Assembly (NCBI RefSeq): GCF_001194135.2
Contig: NC_068997.1
Location: 39,612,287-39,676,286 of the forward strand
From: Octopus bimaculoides
Taxonomy: Eukaryota
DNA length: 64,000 nucleotides
Direction of reading: 5' to 3'
Numbering within the stretch: position 1 is the stretch's first letter; each line of letters starts with the position of its first letter. Both the position numbers and the translations under genes were made by a program. The notes below the pieces were generated by a model that saw only the letters and a program-made list of their open reading frames with translations, did no database searches and was not told the DNA's origin. This document shows, one piece after another, positions 49,155-59,069 of the stretch.

Positions 49155-49197
49155 CACACACACACACACGCACACACGCACACACACACACGCACGC
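49100..49197 (+). repeat. (CA)n microsatellite
   Basis: Direct reading. Confidence 0.95.
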
Positions 49198-49469
49198 ACC
49201 CTCTGGCATAAACAGCTGCTGTTGCTTTAATTTCGTTATTGCGTTCCTAATTGTGTCTCCCTTGCAACAACGGAGAGCTTTCGAATGTTATCGGCACCGC
49301 ACCTTCCTGCAGACCAATGAGACAATCTAAAGGGAAAGAACATACGAAAACGAAACAAAAAAGAATCACAATTCCTTCTATCTGACTTCAATTTACAAAT
49401 GCAGGAACTAAACAATTCTCCATGTTTGTGAAAACAACAGCAACAACAACAACAAGAGAAACAATAATA

Positions 49470-49680
49470 ATGGTTTCAAATTTTGTCACAAGGGAAGCCA
49501 TTTTGGGGATGTGTCGATTACATGGACCTCAGTGTTCAACTGCTACTTAATTTATCGACCCCAAAAGATGAAAAGCAAAGTCGACCTCAGTGGAATTTGA
49601 ACTCAGAACGTGAAGACGGACGAAACACCGCTAAGCATTTCTCCCGGCGTGCTATCGATTCTGCCAGCTCACTGCCTTAG
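49470..49680 (-). mobile_element. SINE family A
   Basis: gcaaagtcgacctcagtggaatttgaactcagaacg...gattctgccagctc. Confidence 0.9.
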
Positions 49681-49684
49681 AAAT

Positions 49685-49712
49685 GATGATGATAATAATA
49701 ATAATAATGATG

Positions 49713-49804
<92 letters not shown>

Positions 49805-49858
49805 AAGAAGAAGAAGAAGAAGGACCACAACAACAACAAACAACAACAACATTTAATA
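49685..49858 (+). repeat. (TAA)n(GAA)n(CAA)n microsatellite
   Basis: Direct reading. Confidence 0.95.
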
Positions 49859-50419
49859 ATACAACACAGTAGTTGGAGCAAAGGAACTGAAAATAATTTG
49901 AGAACGATCCCTGCACGAAACGCAAAAGATTTTCTTAATTGCTACGTCACACATATTGAGTAGAGTATTGTCGCTGTTAATCTTCTTTCCTTTATTTTCC
50001 TTGTTTAAATTTATATTTTCTTTTTCTTTTCTCTCTGTCTTTCTTCTCCTTTTTTCTATCACATGACTTTGTAAATGAACAATCTGGTGTGATTATTTTA
50101 ATGGCCTACAAATGTATACAGTGCGTGTCTCTGCCCTGGATGTCGGACGGCACTTGGCAAGAAAAGGAAACAGAATTGAAAGAAGATAATAATAGTGACA
50201 ATCATACTAGTGATAATAATGATAATTATAATTAATAATTAACAGAATCCGTAACACAACCAAACAAAAGAATGGTGGACGGATAATAATAAATACTATG
50301 AAATAGTTGATTTAAGAGTTACACATACACACACACGCTACTATGAAACACCCCTCTAAAATCATACCTGAAAAAACACATACTGTAAATACCCAACAAA
50401 ATGAACGAAATCCACAACA

Positions 50420-51658
50420 TGTGCCATAGAAGGCTTATACCTGAAGCTAATGAAGTCACAGCTATATAGTCCGAACCCAGTGAAGGCCGTAAATACTTGG
50501 GCAGTATGATTACTTAGATAGTCAGCTGCTTTTGTAGATTGCACAAAAACTGAATTAGCAAAGCTAGACAGAAGAACTAGGAAGGAATTCAATATGAATG
50601 GAGGACTTTAGCCAAGAGCAGGAGTAGAAAGGTTATATCTACCTAGAAATGAAGGTGGAAAATGGTTACTATCAGTAGAAGGCTGTGTAGAGTTAGCTAG
50701 AGTATATATAGACTCCTATGTAGGTAATAGTGAAAAAAGTTTATTAAAAGTTGCTAGAGTCACAGCAAGACATAAGGAAACCAAAACACCAAACGAACTT
50801 AAAAAAACAGAAGAAACACACAAATTATCTAACCGGCAAGAGAAAGCGTTGTATGGTAGATTCCCAAAGAAAGTTTCAGCAAATGGTTGTAGTGGTACTT
50901 GGTTATGGCTGCAGAAGGGAAAGCTAAAGAGGGGGGACAGAAAGCTTGTTAGTAGCTGCACAAGACCAAGCATTAAGGACTAATTGGATAAAAGCCAAAA
51001 TAGACAAAAACCAAATAGATTCCCAATATAGATTATGCAAATCAAAAGAGGAAAGCGTTGCTTATGTAGTAAGTGAATATAGTATGCCAGCACAGAAAGA
51101 GTACGAGAAATGACATGACAGTCTAGAGAGAACGATCCACTGGGAGCTTTGTAGGAAGCTAGGATTTGAACGTATTGATAAATGGTATGAAAATGAACCT
51201 AGCGAAGTATTAGAAAGTAAGAAATACGAGATTTTGTGTTACTTTATTATGTTGACTGGTAGAGTAATAGAAGCTAGAAGGCCTGATTTGGTAGTAGATA
51301 AAGAGAATAGAAAGTGCTAGATAATTGACTTTACAGTCTCAAATGATGATGAAAATCAATATGAAAGGTATAGAAAAAATAGCCAAGTATCAAGAATTAA
51401 ATTACAGAGACTATAGAAAGTTCGGGTAAAATGTATCTCAGTCGTTATAGGTGGATTGGGAACTATCCCTAAAGATCTGAACAGATGGATACAGGAAATA
51501 GGCATAAAACCCAGTTTAGTACAGGTTCAGAAAACACAGTTGTTAGGGACAGCTAGGATACTTAGGAGGGTTCTTGGCATCGAAGGCTACTTGTTCGAGC
51601 CTGATGTTAGGATTCATTTCTTTTCCAACAGTCTAATCTGTTGAGTGTATATGAATAG

Positions 51659-51660
<2 letters not shown>
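50420..51660 (+). mobile_element. 5'-truncated R4/Dong LINE (RT thumb, decayed CCHC, REL, 3' end) with (GAT)n tail
   Basis: KAVNTWAV, VERLYLPRNEGG, ESLLVAAQDQALRTN, IEARRPDLVV, LLGTARILRRVLG. Confidence 0.92.
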
Positions 51661-51701
<41 letters not shown>

Positions 51702-51962
51702 ATGATGATGGTGATGATGATGATGATGATGATGATGATATGATGATGATGATGTTAATTGCTGCACAAGACCAAAGCCTCCCCACCAGAAATTACCAAA
51801 AACACATAATGAAAAGAAATATAACAAGTAACTGTAGAATATGTGGAGATCGACAAGAAACAATAAATCATATTATCTCTGGCTGCCCAGTCCTGGCTAA
51901 GAAGGAATATATTCACAGACANNNNNNNNNNNNNNNNNNNNNNNNNNNNNGTATATGAATAG

Positions 51963-52005
<43 letters not shown>

Positions 52006-52015
52006 ATGATGATGG

Positions 52016-52088
<73 letters not shown>

Positions 52089-52094
52089 TTGATC

Positions 52095-52164
<70 letters not shown>

Positions 52165-52190
52165 GAAGAAGAAGAAGAAGAAGAAGAAGG
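51660..52190 (+). repeat. (GAT)n/(TAA)n/(GAA)n microsatellite complex
   Basis: Direct reading. It contains the insert 51756-51921 and a 29-N gap. Confidence 0.9.
51756..51921 (+). mobile_element. Stop-free R4/Dong fragment with intact CCHC finger, cut by a gap
   Basis: LIAAQDQSLPTRNYQKHIMKRNITSNCRICGDRQETINHIISGCPVLAKKEYIHR. Confidence 0.9.
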
Positions 52191-52274
52191 GGAGGAACAA
52201 CAATGACAACATGTGTTTATGGGTTTGCATTTGTAAGCTTGAATGCATCAGTTCAGGTATTCCACTGTGGAATA

Positions 52275-52990
52275 CCTGGGTATGCTGAAAAGTTCCTGTC
52301 TTTGGGTAATAGAAAATACAGGTAGATCAGTTTCTTATGATTTTACTCAATATATTCCCCTCGTAGATTCACACTCTTATTGCAACGGTCTTTCAGTTTT
52401 TCTAAGCCCAGTATAAACAACTCGGAAGGTTGGGTTTCCAACCAGGCCTCTGGAACAGTGATCACTTCCGAATGGGTGTGATATTTAATTCCCTTGAGAT
52501 GTTTCTTTGGTTGTGGAAAGAGATGATAGTTGGAGGGAGATAAGTCAAGAGAGTAAGATGTGTGATCTACCAATTCAAAGCCAAAGTATTTTCCGTAGAG
52601 TTTCATGTGCTGTGTGTCCTGGTGCATTGTTCAATAAAAACAGGACTCCCGACTTATCTTTCCAGAGTTTTTCTGCTTCAAAGCTTCACAAGTTTGTCCA
52701 ACAGAGACATAGTATTCTGCGCTGATGGTACGACCTTTTGACTGGTATTTTATGAGAAGTACTCCGTCTTTGTCCCGGTGTTCCTGAGGCCAGGACCTTT
52801 CCAGCTGACTTCTGGATCCGAAACTTCTTGGGATAAGTTAAACCACTGAGGCGCCAGCCCATTGGTTACCCCTTGGTTTGGGATCATAGTGAAGAAGCTA
52901 AAAATTCATCTAGAGTGACTAAACGAGCCTTAAAATCAGCATCTCCCGCTGCAAACTGGTCCAAAATCGCTTTTGGTGTCGTCACTCTAA
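52275..52990 (-). mobile_element. Mariner transposon 3' half (DD34D-type catalytic domain remnant and TIR)
   Basis: GFELVDHTSYSLDLSPSNYHLFP..KKHLKG...RCNKSVNLRGEYIE*. The terminus is TA|cctgggtatgctgaaaagttcctg at 52273-52300. Confidence 0.9.
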
Positions 52991-54454
52991 TGCACTTCTG
53001 ATATAATTAATATATANNNNNNNNNNNNNNNNNNNNNNNNNNNNNNNNNNNNNNNNNNNNNNNNNNNNNNNNNNNNNNNNNNNNNNNNNNNNNNNNNNNN
53101 NNNNNNNNNNNNNNNNNNNNNNNNNNNNNNNNNNNNNNNNNNNNNNNNNNNNNNNNNNNNNNNNNNNNNNNNNNNNNNNNNNNNNNNNNNNNNNNNNNNN
53201 NNNNNNNNNNNNNNNNNNNNNNNNNNNNNNNNNNNNNNNNNNNNNNNNNNNNNNNNNNNNNNNNNNNNNNNNNNNNNNNNNNNNNNNNNNNNNNNNNNNN
53301 NNNNNNNNNNNNNNNNNNNNNNNNNNNNNNNATATATGTATATATATATCCTACTTATGATAATTCAGAAAACATTAGAATAAATAGCATGACTGTTTGA
53401 TAAATAGAAATTACTGTTGTGCCTTTGACCTTCTGATATTACGAAAACAAACTTTAATAATCTGTTACTTTGTGAAGTGAAACTTCGTTTGGAACTCTTC
53501 AAATAAATGGAATGGATATTTCATCCAAAGCTGAATGCTTTCGAGTTGTAACTCGAAAAAGAAATTTCAGGTTCCAATTCTTCTGGCAACTGGATATAAG
53601 GTAGTTGAAGTTGTGCATATATATGGGGGGGAAAACGATGAATTTCCTGATAAATTGGTGAAACAAATGATGGGTTCACAGAAACATAGAGTGTTTACAG
53701 GTAACCACATCAATAACAATGAGCATAGAACAATGGGTTATTTTATTCGTATAGATTCGGAGGTGTATGATAATCAAGGCTTGTAAGTATAGAAAAGTGA
53801 ATACAGGTTTTTTTTTTCTTTTTTTGAAGCGTTTTACTGTTTTTAAAAGATGGTCAGGCATCATGGATGAGAATAATGATGAAGCATTTAACTGAATTTG
53901 GTTTGAATATGCATCTAGGAATGTTAAAGAGGTGTTCTTGAAAAGCTTATCGTTCAAACGTTGTCTCGTGCGAATTATTATCTATTAATTGTTCTATTTA
54001 TCATTATCTCAGGAGTGGGGGAGAAGGGGAAAGCTTTTATTCTAGATGATGACAATAGGAGCAGGTCGTGTACATAAAAAGAAACTAGACTTCTGGAATC
54101 GATTGTCTGTTGGCCATGGTAAGTGGAATATTCAAAATCTATTTGTATGAGAGGTAACGGTTAGTAGTAGCTGTGATAGTTTGAATCATGGCTGAAGATT
54201 AACAAGTGAAGTATACAAAAAATAAATATAAATATTTAAATAAATTTAAATTTTATTTAGAAATAGATTAATAGAAATATAATACATGCAAAGACTAAAA
54301 ACAGGAGAGAAATATAACGAATAAAAATGTGGGAGTAAAAATCTGGGTAAGCGAAGCTGAAAAGATATAAAAATGTAAAAACAAATTAATGGCGACATCA
54401 ACAACGAAAATAAAAAAAAAAGCAACAACTTCAATAAGAACAAAAAATAACGTA

Positions 54455-54470
54455 AATAATAATAATAATG

Positions 54471-54513
<43 letters not shown>

Positions 54514-54539
54514 GAAGAAGAAGAAGAAGAAGAAGAAGA

Positions 54540-54599
<60 letters not shown>
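54455..54599 (+). repeat. (TAA)n(GAA)n(GAT)n microsatellite
   Basis: Direct reading. Confidence 0.95.
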
Positions 54600-55954
54600 N
54601 NNNNNNNNNNNNNNNNNNNNNNNNNNNNNNNNNNNNNNNNNNNNNNNNNNNNNNNNNNNNNNNNNNNNNNNNNNNNNNNNNNNNNNNNNNNNNNNNNNNN
54701 NNNNNNNNNNNNNNNNNNNNNNNNNNNNNNNNNNNNNNNNNNNNNNNNNNNNNNNNNNNNNNNNNNNNNNNNNNNNNNNNNNNNNNNNNNNNNNNNNNNN
54801 NNNNNNNNNNNNNNNNNNNNNNNNNNNNNNNNNNNNNNNNNNNNNNNNNNNNNNNNNNNNNNNNNNNNNNNNNNNNNNNNNNNNNNNNNNNNNNNNNNNN
54901 NNNNNNNNNNNNNNNNNNNNNNNNNNNNNNNNNNNNNNNNNNNNNNNNNNNNNNNNNNNNNNNNNNNNNNNNNNNNNNNNNNNNNNNNNNNNNNNNNNNN
55001 NNNNNNNNNNNNNNNNNNNNNNNNNNNNNNNNNNNNNNNNNNNNNNNNNNNNNNNNNNNNNNNNNNNNNNNNNNNNNNNNNNNNNNNNNNNNNNNNNNNN
55101 NNNNNNNNNNNNNNNNNNNNNNNNNNNNNNNNNNNNNNNNNNNNNNNNNNNNNNNNNNNNNNNNNNNNNNNNNNNNNNNNNNNNNNNNNNNNNNNNNNNN
55201 NNNNNNNNNNNNNNNNNNNNNNNNNNNNNNNNNNNNNNNNNNNNNNNNNNNNNNNNNNNNNNNNNNNNNNNNNNNNNNNNNNNNNNNNNNNNNNNNNNNN
55301 NNNNNNNNNNNNNNNNNNNNNNNNNNNNNNNNNNNNNNNNNNNNNNNNNNNNNNNNNNNNNNNNNNNNNNNNNNNNNNNNNNNNNNNNNNNNNNNNNNNN
55401 NNNNNNNNNNNNNNNNNNNNNNNNNNNNNNNNNNNNNNNNNNNNNNNNNNNNNNNNNNNNNNNNNNNNNNNNNNNNNNNNNNNNNNNNNNNNNNNNNNNN
55501 NNNNNNNNNNNNNNNNNNNNNNNNNNNNNNNNNNNNNNNNNNNNNNNNNNNNNNNNNNNNNNTACAAAAAACTTTGAAATATAAAAATAAAAAAAAACTC
55601 TTAAGAACAATTGTTTAAAATCTCTGAGTATTTTTTTCGTGAAAACAGTTAAAATGGAAAATAGAGGGAGGAATTGAGTGGCGCTAGTAGATTTTATAAA
55701 GTTGTGTGTGGATGAGATGGAAGGTGATAATAATAATAATAATAATAATAATAATTATTATTATTATTATTATCATTATTATTATTAAATACATATGATT
55801 ATCAAAAGTGCAGTGATGGTAGTAATAAGACTTTTGCTACGGGAGTATTGTTTTATTTTTTTTTCGCTAATTGTTCAGCAATGCCAGAGGATTCTATTTT
55901 GAAAACGTGTATGTGCCCGTCATTCAAGGTGCTTCATATTGTCACAGTGTGAAG

Positions 55955-56165
55955 CAGTGAGCTGGCAGAATCGTTACCGTACTGGGCCAAATGCTTACCA
56001 GCATTTCGTTCGTCTTTACGTTATGAGTTCAAATTTCGTCGAGATTCACTTTGCCTTTAATCCTTTCGGGATCGATAAAGAAGTACCAGCTGAGTACAGG
56101 GAACGATGTAATTGACTTACTACCTCCCCCGAAATTGCTGGCCTCGCACCGAAATTTAAACCAAC
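55955..56165 (+). mobile_element. SINE family A
   Basis: gagctggcagaatcgtta...gagttcaaattt...cctttcgggatcgataaa. Confidence 0.9.
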
Positions 56166-56372
56166 ATTGGAGCGTCAAGTGATGGTAAGTTGTATTAAAA
56201 AAATGTGAAGTTAAAGGTGGAAAAAATAGCGGATCTAATTATGACAGAATTTTATTGAGTATTTTATGGTCTTCTTTCATTTTAGATCATTACACTTTAA
56301 GCGTACAGATGGTTTCACAGGTAGTTTAGCCTAAATCTGATTTTGAGTTTAGTGAAGTACCTTGCAGCATGT

Positions 56373-56716
56373 GGAGGTGCAATGTCCAAGTGGTTAGGGC
56401 AGCGGACTCGCGGTCGTGGGATCGCGGTTTATTGAGCGAAAGCACCTAAAGCTCTACGAGGCTCTGGCAGGGGGTGATAGTGAACCCTGCTGTACTCTTC
56501 CACCACAACTTGCTCTCAATCTTACTTCCTGTTTCTGTTGTGCCTGTATTTCAAAGGGCCAGCTTTATCACACTGTGTACGCTGAATCTCCCCGAGAACT
56601 ACGTTAAGAGTACAGGTACCTGTGGAGTGTTTAATCACTTACACGTTAATTTCACGAGCAGGCTGTTCCGATCGGATCAACTGGAACCCTCATCGTCGTA
56701 ACTGACGGAGTGCCAA
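56373..56716 (+). mobile_element. tRNA-derived SINE, family C (B box missing)
   Basis: The tRNA-like 5' end ggaggtgcaatgtccaagtggttagggcagcggactcgcggtc is followed by a GC-rich body. No GGTTCRA box is present. Confidence 0.75.
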
Positions 56717-56867
56717 GACGATCTTTTAGTATAATAAGGCAATATTTTCCAACGTAAGGATGTTGTTATATCCATTGCGCATGTTATATTTGTATGTTTT
56801 ATTCTCCACTTGATCGTGAAATACTCGAAGTTTTCGCTTTCAATGGCTATATAGGTGTAGGCGTGGC

Positions 56868-57014
56868 TGTGTCGTAAGAAGCTTGTTTCCCAACCACATG
56901 GTTCCGGGTTCAGTCTCATTACGTGGAACCTTGGGCAAGTGTCTTCTACTATAGCCGCGGGCCGACCATAGCCATGTTGGTGGATTAATAGACAGAAACT
57001 GACAGAAGCCTGTC

Positions 57015-57060
<46 letters not shown>

Positions 57061-57275
57061 ACACACACACACATATATATATATGTGTGTGTGTGTGTGT
57101 CTGTGTGTGTGTGTGATATTTATGTGTATGTGTCTGTGTTTGTCTCCCCCACGCCATCGCTTGGCAACCGATGTTGGTGTATTTATGTCCCTGTCGCCTA
57201 GTGGTTCGGCAAAATAGACCGATGGAATAAGTACTAGGCTTACAAAGAATAAGCCCTGGGGTTGATTTCTTTCTA
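56868..57275 (+). mobile_element. SINE family B with expanded internal microsatellite
   Basis: Head ggtgtaggcgtggctgtgtcgtaagaagc, B box ggttcagtctc, internal (TA)(CA)(TA)(TG) at about 57013-57135, and 3' ggggttgattt. Confidence 0.92.
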
Positions 57276-57776
57276 AGAACCATCTCCGGGACACGCCTCG
57301 GGGTCGATAGCAGTTGCATGAAAACAGGGGTAGGTATGGGTGTAGGAAAGGTTTTTAGGTTCCCTACTGACTAATTTTGAAATGAAGTTTTAGTACTAAA
57401 TTGTTCAGGTTGAAAAATTTACGCTCCCTGTACATGCGGGAAATGTTTACATGTTAATTTGAAAACGTTGTGGGGATGTGTTTTACGAATATTGAAACTG
57501 AAGAGTACTTAAACTAAATATTTCGTATCCGGCTTTGCAGAAATGTGATGTCTTGGGTTTGTTTTCTCTTTAAATAATCCTGGTTTTCACATCACTGGAA
57601 TATTGCAAGGGTAAGAACTACAAAGACCTCAAAATCGGAGTTATAATCTTTGTCTCTGTATAGATACTTATTAAAATATTTAGAATCTAAGTGATAATTT
57701 TTTATTCTTCACCTCCCTATAAATATAATTTATTTTTCATTTAATTTATATTGTTATTTTGATATTCATTTTTATA

Positions 57777-57869
57777 CGGGTTAGAAACGCTAAACAGTGA
57801 AGTGTACAAATATAAACTTGTTACCAATTCAAATATTTGTACACATTACTGTTTAGCGCTTCTAACCCG
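57777..57869. mobile_element. 93-bp hairpin MITE flanked by TA
   Basis: The arms at 57774-57813 and 57833-57872 match at 37/40 positions around a 19-nt loop. TA lies at 57775-57776 and 57870-57871. Confidence 0.9.
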
Positions 57870-57996
57870 TATTTTCTTTCGGCCAGGCTAATTTTTGGTA
57901 TAACTAGTCACAGTACTTCCACCGCACACAAATGTATTTATACAGATTCTGGTTCAATGTATGTGTCTGTGTGTATGAGACTGTGATAGTGACATA

Positions 57997-58834
57997 TGGG
58001 TTCTGATCCGGACTGTTGCCATAGTAACGAAGTTAAAGCACATTGAGTAAAGCCGCTTGGTACAGATTAACCTTGAGCTTTGCTCTGCATATTTTAACGA
58101 TCTAGTTCACTTCTGCTGTTTACGGCAGTGCTTAGAAGGAAGATGTGTAACGTGTGGTTGTCGCATTGGCCATGACAAAGAAAGTTGTCATTGCGATATC
58201 TGTTCAGAGGCCTATGCAAAGTTACAAAAAATGTATGGGGAGAAGTGTACGAGCCGCACACAAAAGTACGAGTGGTTCATACGATTCCAAGATGGCCGAA
58301 AAAATGTCGGTATGGACGAACTCTGGGAGACTCGCAACTAGCAGGACTGAGAAAATTTCATAGATGTGCGTGCAGCTGAAGGAAATCTTAGAATCACCAT
58401 CCGTGAGTTATCAGAGGATGTGCAAATTAGTTACGGTTCAGTTCAGTCCATTATCACTGAAGATTTCGGTTAGAGACGCCAAAACTGTTTTCAGCTGACC
58501 AAAGGGGCACTTGGGTTTCCGTTGCACAAGATCTCATTGACTGTGTCAAGAACGATGAAAACGTTTTGAAAACTTTGCGTAGGTTCCTGAGCAGGTAACG
58601 GTAATCTTTTAGCAAAACTTTGTCTGCTCAACTTTGTCATGCTCAATGTAACGATCACATGGTACACACCTTCATTCCAAGCACTGCTGTAAACAGCGGA
58701 AGTTAGCTAAAACGTTAAAACTTAGCGCGCATGCGCAGTAGATTTCAAGGTCATTCTGTGCCAAGCGGCTTCACTCTGGGCGCGTTGGGTTCGTTATTAT
58801 AGCAACAGTCTGGATACTTATTGATCAGACCATG
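57997..58834 (+). mobile_element. Mariner derivative with HTH-coding 5' half and an inverted second 5' end (about 250-bp IRs)
   Basis: CSEAYAKLQKMYGEKCTSRTQKYEWFIRFQDGR...RITIRELSEDVQISYGSVQSII. 58570-58834 is the reverse complement of about 57997-58232. TA is present at both ends. Confidence 0.9.
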
Positions 58835-58899
58835 TACATACAAACATAAATCCATGCACCCATACATGTGTATATAAATATATGCGTAAATATATTATA

Positions 58900-58971
58900 T
58901 ATGTACATACATACATACGTGCATAGATGCATGCATACATGCATACATACATACATACATGCATTCATGCA

Positions 58972-59003
<32 letters not shown>
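58900..59003 (+). repeat. (CATA)n microsatellite
   Basis: Direct reading. Confidence 0.95.
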
Positions 59004-59069
59004 CCATTTTTGGTACGGATTTTCATACGCTTAGCTTTTTCTGTGCATGTTTCTTGTACGTCTAATTCT

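Noticed and set aside
53538-53557. Palindrome TTCGAGTT-GT-AACTCGAA
   Set aside because: It is an isolated short IR with no TSD or second copy, within chance expectation for 64 kb.
8242-55618. Long ORFs (160-480 aa) containing X runs
   Set aside because: They are translations through N gaps flanked by microsatellites.
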